Of a stretch of 64,000 nt of DNA, positions 23,440-35,855 are shown piece after piece. The position numbers and the translations under genes are program-made. The stretch covers positions 492,822-556,821 of the forward strand of contig NW_005434640.1 in NCBI RefSeq assembly GCF_000315625.1. The letters run 5' to 3'. Under the pieces are notes generated by a model that saw only the letters and a list, made by a program, of their open reading frames with translations, made no database searches and was not told the DNA's origin. Positions within the stretch are counted from its first letter, which is position 1. Every line of letters begins with the position of its first letter. Source of the stretch: Guillardia theta CCMP2712 (taxonomy: Eukaryota; Protista; Cryptophyta).

Positions 23440-24610
23440 ATGGTCCGTCCCTCCGCTTCCGACTACAACAAACGCATCGGACTCACCTTCGCCAACACGG
23501 TACGTACTTCCACACCCGACATCCACGCCCCCTCCCTCCCCTCCCCCTCCCCCTCTCGTCCCCCCCGCCAACATCAAAGCTACATTCCCTCTCACTCCTC
23601 ACACTCCTGCCCTCCAGGTGCTCGCTCACGCCGGCCCCTCCTCCTACGTCTGCCGCAGCGGCTATTGCTCCGTCTACTCGCTNNNNNNNNNNNNNNNNNN
23701 NNNNNNNNNNNNNNNNNNNNNNNNNNNNNNNNNNNNNNNNNNNNNNNNNNNNNNNNNNNNNNNNNNNNNNNNNNNNNNNNNNNNNNNNNNNNNNNNNNNN
23801 NNNNNNNNNNNNNNNNNNNNNNNNNNNNNNNNNNNNNNNNNNNNNNNNNNNNNNNNNNNNNNNNNNNNNNNNNNNNNNNNNNNNNNNNNNNNNNNNNNNN
23901 NNNNNNNNNNNNNNNNNNNNNNNNNNNNNNNNNNNNNNNNNNNNNNNNNNNNNNNNNNNNNNNNNNNNNNNNNNNNNNNNNNNNNNNNNNNNNNNNNNNN
24001 NNNNNNNNNNNNNNNNNNNNNNNNNNNNNNNNNNNNNNNNNNNNNNNNNNNNNNNNNNNNNNNNNNNNNNNNNNNNNNNNNNNNNNNNNNNNNNNNNNNN
24101 GAGGCGTTCGCTAACGGAGCGCCGCCGCTGGACGTCGACGCCTCTCGCGCGGGCCTCGGGCACGGGGCCAGCTCGCTGCAGAGGACGGCCATGCTTTGAA
24201 CTCCCCACAACCACGACAACGAGGACGAGGACGTTGACGTTGACGAGGACGACGTGGAGCAGATGGCGCAGGGACCGAGCTCGTTCTTCCCCGGCATGGA
24301 GGGCGCAAGGACGACCCCCCCGGTCTCACACGAGGAGGAGCGAGCGAGGGACGGGATCGACGCCGTGCTGGATGACCTCGTGTCGTCGGGGATAGCTCCG
24401 GTCGACATCGAGGAGTACCTGAAGGGATTATCCGTCGAGGACGGGCTGGGGAGTTGGTGCCCGCCGGAGCACAGCATGTCTGTGTACGGAGGGGCTGCAG
24501 TGACAGGGCGTGATGGGGAGCTGTTTGAGAGCGTTGAGATGCTGTGGGAGTGTAGGGAGGAGATGGAATGGGAGGGTTGGAACAAGTGTGTTTACCTAGA
24601 TGAGTTGTAA
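23440..24610 (+). CDS. Unknown protein, copy B of the inverted duplicated pair (middle in gap)
   Basis: Near-identical to the reverse complement of 20857-21964 on both sides of the gap; compensating -1/+1 indels at about 24165-24205 beside the gap. Confidence 0.6.
23683..24100. other. Assembly gap (N run)
   Basis: N run whose length is close to the corresponding ~420-nt span of copy A. Confidence 1.
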
Positions 24611-25227
24611 AGAAAACAAATCTTTTCTCTACTGCCTTGTTTTCTGCCACCATCTTTGTTGATGCAATTTCATTCCATTCTCAGTCCTGGTCGTCGAGGA
24701 GTGTAGAGTGCAGTCGGGCTGCTAGTGGCGCATCTAATCAAGTGCTGGTGGCGGGTGTTGATGTTGCAGGAATGTTAGGACATCGAAATCTTGAGCTGTC
24801 GTGTATGCTGCGCACGTAGTTGTTATCAGTGAGTGAGTTGTTCGATCTGTCCTGTGACAAGCATTGTCTTAAAGGGAGGACGAAGACGAGGACGCGAGGA
24901 AGACGAAGAGGAGGGGGGAGCAAGGGGAGGACGAGGGGGACGAGGAGGAGCACCAGGAGGAGGGGGGAGGGAGGAGGGGAGGAGGAGGGGAGGACACAAA
25001 CTCTAAAAATCGATTTTTTGATTCCATTGCTTTGTGATTGTAACTTACAAATTATGAGGCTTCTTCATAGTGAAGAGTTGACAACAAATAAATACAACAT
25101 GTTAGCAAGTGTTTGCCCGCATATACAGTATAGACATGTGCAAGATTGAATCAGCATTTACAATCTCTGTTCCCCGTCTTGTGCTCCTACTCAGTCTTGT
25201 CAGTTTCGCTTAATTCCTCGAGTCCCT

Positions 25228-27290
25228 TCACCTCTCAGGGCAGCGGCTCGACATCTTGACGGACAACCTGAACGACTTTTGTTCATAATCGAGGAGCTTC
25301 TCAGTTGATTCGTCCCCGTTAGCTGACGAGACTGTCAATTGGACGTGCCCCCTCTTCGTCTTCCTCTTCTCTCCCCTTCGATTCCCCTCCTCCCTCCCTC
25401 TCCTTCTGTTTCTTCCCATCGCCAGCCACTCTCTCCCCATCCTCGCATCCTCGTCTCTCTTCCGCGTGTGCTCACCACTCCCATTCTCCTTGGCATCCAG
25501 CGCCTTCTCGCCCGTCCTCTTGCTGGCCATCTGCTCCAGCATGACGCGAGGGCGGATGACCTTGGAGCTCTAGGAAGCCATCAGGAGGAGGGAGGGGAGA
25601 GGAATCGGGAAGCGCAGAAGGGAGGTGGTTGCAGGAAGGAAAACAGAGAAAGAGAGGGAAGGTGGGTGGATGCGTGGGAGGGAGGGAGGAGGAGGAGGGA
25701 GGGAGGGGGGGGGGGGCGTTGAGTGGTAGGGAGGGCCAGCAGCTCACCGACTTCTTCTTGTTCACCTGGATGAAGGCAGTGGCATCCCAGGAGCGAACGA
25801 GCCCGCTAGCGGCAGCATCAGCAGAGCACAAGGAGCATGGGCAGTAACAAGCACCTGAAGGAGGCGAACAGAGAGCTAAGGTTGTTGGCCGGCAAGAGGC
25901 AGTCGACCCTCTTCCATGCCAGCACCTGTTTCACATCCCCCGACTCCACGTCCCATACCCGTAGGTCTCCTCCGCTCCCGCTGCAGAGGTACCTTGCTCC
26001 GGGAAAGACCGTCAGGTCTCGGACGGCATGTAGGTGCCCCTGGTAGAGCTGTAGGCACAGGCCACTGTCAAGCGACCATGCTCGCACTGTCTTGTCCTCC
26101 GACCCTGTGAATAGCGTGCCATCCACAACCTGATCAGGCTCAGATTCCAGCAGCAGCAGCAGTCCCCCCTCCTTCTCCATCCCCAACCTCGCCTCCTTCT
26201 CCTCTCACCCCCCCTCCCCCTCCCCCTCCCCCTTTCCTCCTCCTACCTGCATACAAGTGATCGCGCCCTGATGGCCGTTGAACGCGCACAGTCTTGCGCT
26301 CCCTCCCCCCCAGAACTCCCACAGCTCTGCTCCAAGCGACCCCCCGACGAGGAAAGACATGCAGGCAGCTGGGCGATCGCTCTTTGTCGACTCCCCCCCC
26401 CGCATGCTTCATCATGAGCCGCGATGGCCGAGCAGCCGGTCGGTCGAAGATGTTGAGGTCCTGCCGTCGGATCTCCTCCTTCTCCTGCTCGTGGAAGGGA
26501 GCGACAAGGCACGTGGCGGACCCGACGCTCGTCGGGATCTCTGCCAGCAGCGCCTTGTGCTTCTCAGCTCCTCGCGAGAGGTCCCAGTAGCTCACGCAGC
26601 CATCCGAGTCTGCGCAGAAGAAGCTGTCGCCAGACACCGATATCATGCTCTTGATCGCAAACCCCCTGTCCCTCCGCCAGCATCCCTTGAGATCCTCCTT
26701 CACCTCCTCCTTCCCGTCCTCCTCCCCTCCCTCCAAGAACGTTGCGATCCTCCATAACCGCAGACTCCCGTCCTCCGAGCTGCTGATCACTGTGTCGAGC
26801 CGCACGTGCAAGTTAGTGATCCAGTCTGTGTGTCCCTTATATGTATGCATACATCTCCCCGTGTACATGTCCCACGCCTTCACCGTCTTGTCCAGAGACC
26901 CGCTGTACAGGACGCTGCTCGCCATGTCGGCTTCCACGCAGCTGATCCAGTGGCTGTGTCCTTCAGCCGCGTTGAACCTGCTGGGGCATCGGATCGCGTG
27001 GACAAGAGCGTCAGATCTCCTCTCGGACTTGGCAGGAGGCGTTGAAAGCTTGTCCAGCACCTCGTGCGTCTCCCAGTACCTCGCGAACTTCTTGTGCTCG
27101 CTGAAGTCCCAGATCCTGATAGTCCGGTCCTCCGACGCCGTCACCAGCAGTTCAAGCCCCTCACCGACCAGCTTCATGCAAGTCACGCTGTGCTTGTGCG
27201 CAGGGAGAGCCTCCGACAAGACGCCGGAAGAGCTGGCGGCGGGGAGGGAGCTTTGGACGAGCTCGAGCCCATTGCAAGAGGACGCTAGGA
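25228..27290 (-). CDS. WD40-repeat protein (termini approximate)
   Basis: AHKHSVTCM..LVTASEDRTIRIWD; GHSHWISCV..LYSGSLDKTVKAWD; GHTDWITNL..ISSSEDGSLRLW; GHQGAITCM|..LFTGSEDKTVRAWS; GHLHAVRDL..LRVWD. Confidence 0.9.
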
Positions 27291-29847
27291 CGACGATCCG
27301 GTCTCAAGGACACACTCGCTCAACATCGTCTGCCCCTCATGACAGCACAGGACAAGGCAGAGGAAGCGAGCGAGGAGTCGGGAGACTGACAAGGCCTCAT
27401 GCAAGGCTGCATGAGAAGCCAGCTCGACCCCAGCACAGCTCAGATCACGTTACCATCCGCGCGCTAGGCCCGTTGCCCTTGATAAGGACCAAGGAGCTCA
27501 GTGGCTGGCGCCATGAAGCGATGAGGCCATTTGCAAGGCTCGCAGTATGCGAACTAACTTGCAGAATTGCTCGAACCTGAAAGAATATCGAACGTCATTG
27601 GGAGGAACATCGCAAGGTTGAGACGAAACAAGAAACAGCCTCGCTTCACTTCGTTTCCTCTTCACTTTTGTCTTTGTTCCTTCCTCCCTTCATATTGTTC
27701 ATTCCTCCCATCACTTCCGTCTTATCACCGACCTGAAGTTCAGAACATTTGTCTGTCTACTTCAACCAGCTTCCCGCCATCCCATCTTTCCTCTCCTCCC
27801 CTTCACCTCTGCTCTATTCGCGTGCACGAGATTTGGAATGCTCCACGTGACCGAGCATGAACCAAGTGGCATGCACAATGATGTATCCCAACTATCTCAC
27901 GGACTGGACTAAAGTTCTGTCCTCCATCTCGTCCTGTGCCAGTCAATGTCGTATCACCAGCTCCCCCGCACCGCAACGGAACTCGCTCGAGTTAACTTTG
28001 CTCTACTCATTCCTCTGCCATCACCTTTGTACGCGTCACTGTTTTCGTTATAATTCACTTCTCATTCTTTTCGTTTTGTCATCATCTTCATATCTTCTTA
28101 CAGGACACATCCTCTTCGCTTCTCCTCCTCTCCCTTCACAGCTTCCTCACCCTCTTCCTGACCCTCGCTTCCATGTATTCCCACCCCTCCTCTGATCACT
28201 TCTAGACCTGCCTTTTTATGTGTCTTTCGTCATGCCTTCATCGTCTCTTCGTCCCATCCTGCTGTTACTGGATCTAACATGCCTCGTTGTATGCTGACCT
28301 GACCTGATAAAGCCGTGCCTTCATTGGCCCTGATCTTTGCTATCCTCTTCTTTCTCATCCCTCTGTGCTTCTCCTTGCTCGTCACATCCCTTCTTTCTAT
28401 GACACGTTCTTGGTTTCTTGCCTACATCCTCTCTACCTTCCCGCTCCTCTCTCCTCCTCCTCTCCTCCCTTCTACTGAGCTTGCAAATGTCCAGCATGGC
28501 GGTTAGACTGCTGATGACCACCCACCCCTCGATCTCATTTCAAGTACCTACCTCACCCTCATCTAATTCACCCTACCCTAGCCCAACACAACCATACGTG
28601 CTGCAGATGACCCCATTATGTCATCACCCCCACCCCCATAAATATATCCCGAATACTAAAATCACGGCAGGAATTGACCCACCCCTACACTAACTTACCA
28701 CCCCCACGTACTCTACCAAGTTCTGCTTGATTTCACCAGTCCTTTCCAGCTGGTACCACCCTGATCCTACCACCCCTACCCCCTGCCGAAGAACCCCCGA
28801 GTCAACCCTTTATTTAGTGTTAATTTGTTGAGATCCGAAGAAACCCTAGTCGTATTAACGTTAATTCACCTGGGGCCCGGCGGGCCGGAGCTCCGACCCG
28901 ACCGTCAATCACTCAGTGAGACTACTTGCGTTCAATAGAGAATAAAATAATATTTATATCTCCTTTCACATGGATTGTACCAGGAATGACAGAATTCTGA
29001 AAACATCGTACAGTTTATATTTATTTTTATTTGAAACTTTCTAGAAAACATTTAGATAATATTTCAAAATATAATAAGGCAGTACACTTACATGCAACAC
29101 CGGTACAAACGGTTTCCTTAGTGTGGTGGGGTGGAGGAACTCTTTTGCGATGGGGTGGGTTCAAAAAGGAAAATTCGAGGGTGGGTCATGAAGAAATTTG
29201 AGGGGTACTGTGAGTGGACCCACCCCTACTTATGTGTCTTTGTTTGTTTTCAAACATGGGGGTATGTAGTCAAAGGGTGGGGTCATCGATACAATGATGA
29301 GGGTAGGTAGTTATGACACTGACGTTGGTAGGGTAGAATTTTCATGTCACCAGGGGGTGGGGGGTGGGGTCGTGGCTCTCATCGCCAGCGCATGCTGGTA
29401 CCCAGCGCAAGGTGGGAGGGATGGGAGGGAATTGCAGGGCGATGGAAGAAGAGGAAAGAAGAGAATATGCAGATAGACGAAAGTGCGGAAGAAGAAGAAA
29501 TATGCACGAAGATGTAGATGATGAGAGCGAAAGGGATTCGCAGAATAGGGGGGAGTAGAGGTTAGTGGAACAGAGGATGTTAGGTAGAGGGAGGGCAGAA
29601 GTAAAAGGAACGCTCAAGGTTGCATACAGAAGTGAGTAATAAGCAAGAAAAGGGAAGGTATGGTGCGTGCAACGATCAAAATTACTTTCGGGCGAGGTGT
29701 GAAGCGTTGCTCGGTAGTCTACTGCCATTCTCATCGTAGCGGATGCGCATTATCCTGAAAGAAATGACCTGCGCATCATGACGCGTCTTCTCTAGTTTTA
29801 CCGGACCAGCAAGGATTAAAGCGCTTGGAAGCACCACCAGCGTCGCC

Positions 29848-32800
29848 ATGGGACTCCGACGACCACGATCGGGTCTTCGGCCATCGATTGTGCCGTGCTT
29901 CGTTGCCTTTGGTGAGATCATTTACACATGCCATAGCGCCGCCTCTCCTATCTCTCTTCTTACATGAATCAACAGCGACCATCTCCTCGTTGCTGTCCCT
30001 GTCCATGGCGTTCAAGGAGGAGGAGTTCCGCTACTGCAAGGACAGCAGCTTCTGCCGGAGACAAAGGAAGTTCGATGGACAGGTAGCACCGATTGTTCCC
30101 CTGACATGCACGTTCGTTGGCTGCTCGTGGCGATGAATCGACCTCCTCCTGACTTGTCTCTGACAGGATGATCGGGCGACGTACAAGCTGCATAACGCGC
30201 ACCTTGAAGACAACGGCGTTGTCGCGGAGATGAAGAATGCGTTGAATCCAAACCAGCCGTTGAAGCTGCGAGCTACCATCTACAAGTCCGGTGATGCTCC
30301 TGCTGGAGTGAAGCTGTCAACTGACGAGCTCATTTACTGACAGGAATCTTTCGTATTGAGATTGATGAAGCGTCTTCAGCAAAGCCGAGATATAGAGTGA
30401 AAGACGTGCTCGTTGGGGACATCTCGCAGCACAGCGTTAAGGGCGACTTGTCATTGGAGGAAGGAGTCGCCAAGTATCGCTCTGGCGATCACGAACTCAC
30501 GCTTCAGTTCCCTCCCTCTTTGCGATCTTAGCGAAAGGTTGACTCTGAAGCCTTCAGCTCGACCCGTTGCCTTTTCTTGCTCGTCTCACATACAAGGGAG
30601 AGGTTCTCTTTGTGATGAATTCTCGTAATTTGATGAAATGGGAAGTGCGCCGGGACAAGGTCAGTCTGTTTCACCTCGATGGGATATTGTCTTACTTTGG
30701 CCTACGAAAGTCTTCTGAGGGTGCAATGGAGGACATTACGGGTGAAAATGATGGCCTGTGGGAGGAATCATTCAAAGGACATTCGGACAGCAAGCCTAAC
30801 GGCCCGGAATCTATCGGTGTTGACTTCGACTTCATGGGTGCCAAGCACGTCTACGGTCTCCCCGAACGTGGATCTCGGCTCATGCTCGGGAACACTCGCG
30901 GGGAGGGGGCGGCAAGGGATGAGCCCTACCGCCTGTACAACCTTGATGTGTTCGAGTACGAGGTGACTGCCGATCGTGCACACCAGCCGCTGTACGGCGC
31001 AGTTCCCATCCTCTACTCGCATCGCCCCAACTTCTCCTCTGCTCTCTTCTGGCTGAACGCGGCTGAAACGATGGTGGACGTGGAGGATGGCCCGGACATG
31101 AAGCGCACGCACTGGTTCAGTGAGAGCGGCGTGATCGACGTCTTCCTGCTCTCCTCCGACACCCCCAAGGGCGTGCAGATGCAGTTCGCGAGCCTTGTGG
31201 GAACTCAGTTCATGCCCCCAATGTTCTCACTCGGGTACCACCAGTGCCGCTGGAACTACAAGGACGATGCTGACGTGAGGATGGTGGACTCCAAGTTTGA
31301 CGAGTACGACATCCCCTACGACGTCCTGTGGCTCGACATCGAGCACACGGTCGGCAAGCGCTACCTCACCTGGGACAAGCACCTCTTCCCCGACCCCGAG
31401 GGCCTTCAGCATGACTTGGCCTCCCGCGGCCGCAAGATGGTGACGATCATTGACCCCCATCTCAAGGTGGACATGGGCTACTCGGTGTACGCGGAGGCGA
31501 AGCGTCTGGGCTTCTTCTGCAAGAACAAGGACGGCGGAGACTTCGAGGGACACTGCTGGCCCGGCACGTCCTCGTGGCTGGACTACTTGAACCCCGAGGT
31601 TCGGGACTACTGGGCTAGCAGGTTCCTCCCGGCCAACTACGTGGGCAGCACTGAGCACCTCTACACCTGGAACGACATGAACGAGCCCTCAGTGTTCAAC
31701 GGGCCAGAGATCACCATGCCCAAGGACCTCCTGCACTACGGGAATGTGGAGCACCGCGACGTACACAACCTCTACGGCTTCTACATGACCATGGCGACTG
31801 TGGCCGGGCACAAGCTGCTGAGGCCCGGCCGGAGGCCCTTCATCCTCTCCCGCGCCTTCTTTGCGGGCTCTCAGCGTTACGCTGCCGTCTGGACTGGAGA
31901 CAACGGGGCGAGATGGGACCATCTGGCCTCGGCTACCCCGATGCTCCTGCAGCTCAGCTTGGGCGGCATCCATTTCTGCGGTGCTGACGTCGGCGGCTTC
32001 TTCGGCAACCCGGAACCCGAGCTGCTGGTCCGCTGGTACCAGGCAGCAGCTTACACGCCCTTCTTCCGAGGGCACGCGCATATCGACACTCAGCGCAGGG
32101 AGCCATGGCTGTTCGGCGATGTCGTGATGGGCCAGATCCGAGCTGCGATCCGCGCCAGGTACCTCGTGCTCCCCTACCTCTACACGCTCTTCCACATGGC
32201 TCACACCCAGGGGCTGCCCATCATGCGGCCCCTCTGGATGGAGTTCCCGGGCGACGAGGTCACCATCGCCATGGACGACGAGTTCATGCTCGGCGAGGCT
32301 CTCCTGGTCAAACCTGTCGTCTCCGCCAACACCAGGAGCTCCAACGTCTACCTCCCCTCCGACAAGGACGACGTACCCTCCTCTTCATGCGCTCCCCTGA
32401 CGCTGACCCTGGCATGCAGATCTGGTATCCGTTCCGCAACGGGCAGACGCCCAAGGAGCAAGGAGTCTTCACCTCCCTCTGGAGCCGCTTCCGCGGGCAG
32501 ACAGGCAGCCTGCGAGGACAAGCGCAGGCGGGCGGCAAGACGATCTCAGTCGACTCGGGGGTAGAGCAGGGCATCCCTGTGTTCCAGCGAGGAGGAACCA
32601 TTATCCCCACCAGGGAGCGAGCCAGGAGGTGAGTTGGAGGGGGAGGAGGAGGCAGCTGACCTTGGCTCAGGTCCACAAGCGCCATGCGAGCAGATCCCTT
32701 CACTCTTCACGTAGCGCTCAACGTCAGGGAGGAGGCGTCGGGGTCTCTCTACCTGGACGATGGAGACACAGACGAGCATACGGCCGGCGGTTTCTTCCTC

Positions 32801-33219
32801 TTCGGCCTCAAGTTTCAGTCCAACCAGCTGGAGTACCGGCAGACGGAGGGCTCAGGCTTCAAGTTCTCGCACCCTCCTCCTGCTCTCGAGCGTGTGATCG
32901 TGTACGGCATCACGAAGCAGCCGGCGCGGGTGACGCTGAAACGGAAGAACGGCGGTGGCAGCGAGCTCGAGTTCATCTACGACAAGGAGTCAGCGGTGAG
33001 ACGAGCGAGAGGGAGGGGGGAAAGGTTGGAGGGAGAGATGCAGGAGGTGCGGTGGTGGGTGGGTGGGTGGGTGGGTTGGGGAGGGAGGAGCGGGGCTGGA
33101 CAGGAGGAGGGAGGGAGAGGCTGGATGAGGGAGAGTTTCTGACGATGCAACAGATGCTGATTGTGCGAAAACCAAACGTGCCAATGAACGAGGAATGGAG
33201 CATCAGCTTTGCGAAGTAG
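29848..33219 (+). CDS. GANAB: ER glucosidase II alpha subunit (GH31)
   Basis: Signal-like N-terminus then FKEEEFRYCKDSSFCRRQR; WEESFKGHSDSKPNGPES; EPYRLYNLDVFEYE; GYHQCRWNY; YDVLWLDIEH; catalytic WNDMNEPSVF and WTGDN; FFRGHAHIDT; C-terminal LIVRKPNVPMNEEWSI. Confidence 0.97.
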
Positions 33220-33353
33220 ACGAGTGGGAGATAAATTTGCATTTTATGAAACGGGAAAACATGGGAGATGAGGAATACCAGGAGATGAAGCAGAAAGGAG
33301 AGGGAGCAGGAGGACGAGTAGCAGCAGCAGTGACCAGCTTGTTTCGCTCCTCG

Positions 33354-35855
33354 TCATCTCCGCGCCTCTGCCAGCATCCGCGTCACGGCATCGACAGGTC
33401 GGGAGCAGTCGGGGAAGAGGCGGAGGGCGAGGGAGCTGAGGGCGCGGCCGAAGAGCTCCAGAGTAACGCCATCCCGCGACTTGTCGGCCGTCACCTCGAG
33501 GAAGACAAGGTCTACGTCCGCTCGCGTCAAACGCTTCCCGTCCAGAACGTTGAGGTGCCGCAGAGCTGCCGCGAGCCGGGAGGGCGTCAGACCCCTCAGT
33601 CCCTGCCGCTCTCGATCCCCCACGCGGGCCGCGAGCTCGAAGGCCTCGATGACGTCACGGCGGGTGGTGGGGAAGAGAAGGTCGAGCTCCTCGTCCTCCC
33701 CGTCGTAGAGAACTTGGAAGTCTCTCAAGCTCTTCCTCTCCCACTGCTGCGCCTTGAGATGCGCCTGCCACCGCCGCTCGCGCGACTGCAGCACCTCCTC
33801 CTCTGTCACGGGGGCGCCGCTGCCTCCTCCCCCCCCACCCCCTCCTCCTGGCTGCTTGTAGATGGTCTTGACCATCGTAAGCGCCTCCTCGACCAGCCGG
33901 CACTTGATGTCTCGGTCCACCTCCTCGTCCATGTTGAAGCTCGGCCCGTTGTTGGTCTCCAGCAGCCAAGGCCTCAGCTCATGGTCCAGCAGCACGTCCA
34001 CCCCGATGATCTGGAACGCCATGCTCGGGCCGGTGTCGGTGGTGACGGTGGAGTGATACTGGAACCAGAGGTGAGGGAGTTTGGTCAGCATCGTCCTCCT
34101 GCACAGCTCCCGGATGCTCTCCCATGCCTTGGACGTGTCGTGACCCATCGCCCTTACCTGCTCCCACATGACGGAGAGCGAGCGCTTGCTGCCCTCCTCC
34201 TCGTCGTTGCGGATGAAGCCTTCGGAGTTGTGCTTGTTGAGCGAGTAGTTGGTCAGGTGCATCATCGTCTCCTCCAGGTTCTTCTTGCTCGGCGCTACGT
34301 ACTTCTTGGTGCAGAACCGCGCGAGCCCGTCGGAGTGGAGGAAGCAGCGCAGAGGGTCAACGGAGGTTACCAGCACGTAGAGTCGCATGTCGAACTTGAA
34401 CCCGTCCAGCAGCAGCGGCCGGTGCACGTACCGCTGAACGATGTACCGATCGCTCCTGAGCAGCTTGTTCTCGTACCCAGTCCGCATGAGGAAGATGCCA
34501 GTGCCTTGAGCGCCCCCGTCAGGCTTCACGATGAAGGTCTTGGGCTTCTTCTGCCTCAGCTCCTCGTCTAGCCGCTCCCAGTCCTCTGGCAGGACCCACG
34601 TCTTGGGGAAGAAGAAGAAGTCTTCCTCCGACGCCGACGCCTTCATGCGGTTGAGCAGGCGGTAGAGCGGGCGCTTGTTGCACATCTCCTTCATGCCCGG
34701 CAGGAAGTTCACTCGCTGCTTCCTGCAAGCCCTCGCAAGCAGGTCAGCGCGACTGCCGTGCGAGGGATCGAGCCAGATGAAGCGAGCGTCCGCCTCCTTC
34801 TCCACCTCCCGCCAGCCCATCGCGGCGATGACGTGGCGCACGAGCTGGAGGGAAGTGTTGTTGCAGTAGCCCAGGAAGACGCAGAGCTTCTTGGGGAAGG
34901 GCCTCGACCGTCCCTTCCTCCTCCTCCTCCCCACCGTCGCATCCACTTCGCCATCGCTGTCCCCCGAGGAAGACGCCTGCTCATCTGTCTCGGCGGTCAA
35001 ACAGCTCGACCCTCCGCTGTGGGTGTCCAAGGGCGTGTCAGTAGAGCTGGAGGAAGGAGCATCCAGCAAGGTCGCCAGCTCGTGTTCAGCTAGGGAGGAA
35101 GGGAGGACATTGGAGATTTTCCTGTTACTTGGCCGGTCTGTCTGGACCCCGTTGGTGCGGGGAGAGTCGACGGGCGAGGCGATCGGGAGGTTCTTGAGAG
35201 CAGGAGAGGAATGCTTCCTCGCCCTCACAAACGTGTCTCTCCGGCTGTTGTTCTTCCTCAGCAGCTTCTGCCCAGTCAAGGCAGGGGATGAGTCCGTGAG
35301 CGGGTCGCGGAGGGGGGAGGAGGAGGAGGAGGAGGAGGTTGTAGGGCTGCTTTGTCGTGGCATGACTCGCAGCTTCCCCGCGCTCTTCAACTTCCCAGCT
35401 GTCTCCGTGCTGTCTGGACTGACGGGGGGTCGACGGAACTTCCTGGGGTCGGTGGAGGAGGAGCGGGAAGAGTCAGCTCCTGCTGACCTCCCTGCCTCCA
35501 CCGGCGACTCGTTGCTCCTCCTCCTCTGGTACACCAGCTCGCTTCTGTTCCTTGTCTGCGGCTGGACGACGAACTGATCCTTCTCTACCAACCATCCAGC
35601 TTCTCCCTCCTCTCTCCTCCCCCTCCCCGGCAGCCTCCGCAGCGCCTCACCCTCTCCTTTCGTCCTGAGAAAGCTCGTGCCAACCACACCCCCCAGGCCC
35701 TCGAGGTCGACGCCTCCTACTGGACTCCCTGCTGCTCGCAGGCCCGTAGAGTTCACCTTCCTCCATCCGCCTCCTATCCACCCGCGGCCCTCCTCCTGCC
35801 CACTCTCCGTGATGTGCCCGAACTGTGTGGGGAGCAAGCGCAAGTTCTTGGACAT
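33354..35855 (-). CDS. Tubulin-tyrosine-ligase-like polyglutamylase (TTLL11-like), single long ORF
   Basis: VNFLPGMKEMCNK, FFPKTWVLP, FIVKPDGGAQGTGIFL, YIVQRYVHRPLLLDGFKFDMRLYVLVTS, GLARFCT, HLTNYSLNK, FQIIGVDVLLD..PWLLETNNGPS. Confidence 0.93.
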   Translation of the reverse strand: MSKNLRLLPTQFGHITESGQEEGRGWIGGGWRKVNSTGLRAAGSPVGGVDLEGLGGVVGTSFLRTKGEGEALRRLPGRGRREEGEAGWLVEKDQFVVQPQTRNRSELVYQRRRSNESPVEAGRSAGADSSRSSSTDPRKFRRPPVSPDSTETAGKLKSAGKLRVMPRQSSPTTSSSSSSSPLRDPLTDSSPALTGQKLLRKNNSRRDTFVRARKHSSPALKNLPIASPVDSPRTNGVQTDRPSNRKISNVLPSSLAEHELATLLDAPSSSSTDTPLDTHSGGSSCLTAETDEQASSSGDSDGEVDATVGRRRRKGRSRPFPKKLCVFLGYCNNTSLQLVRHVIAAMGWREVEKEADARFIWLDPSHGSRADLLARACRKQRVNFLPGMKEMCNKRPLYRLLNRMKASASEEDFFFFPKTWVLPEDWERLDEELRQKKPKTFIVKPDGGAQGTGIFLMRTGYENKLLRSDRYIVQRYVHRPLLLDGFKFDMRLYVLVTSVDPLRCFLHSDGLARFCTKKYVAPSKKNLEETMMHLTNYSLNKHNSEGFIRNDEEEGSKRSLSVMWEQVRAMGHDTSKAWESIRELCRRTMLTKLPHLWFQYHSTVTTDTGPSMAFQIIGVDVLLDHELRPWLLETNNGPSFNMDEEVDRDIKCRLVEEALTMVKTIYKQPGGGGGGGGGSGAPVTEEEVLQSRERRWQAHLKAQQWERKSLRDFQVLYDGEDEELDLLFPTTRRDVIEAFELAARVGDRERQGLRGLTPSRLAAALRHLNVLDGKRLTRADVDLVFLEVTADKSRDGVTLELFGRALSSLALRLFPDCSRPVDAVTRMLAEARR

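Noticed and set aside
24160-24205. Indels and an in-frame TGA suggesting copy B is a pseudogene
   Set aside because: The errors cluster right beside the assembly gap and compensate each other, so low-quality read ends are more likely; not called.
33195-34571. 458-aa + strand ORF opposite the TTLL gene (and similar antisense ORFs over GANAB, WD40, HECT and RNase HII)
   Set aside because: Shadow ORFs produced by GC-rich codon usage on the coding strand; no motifs of their own.
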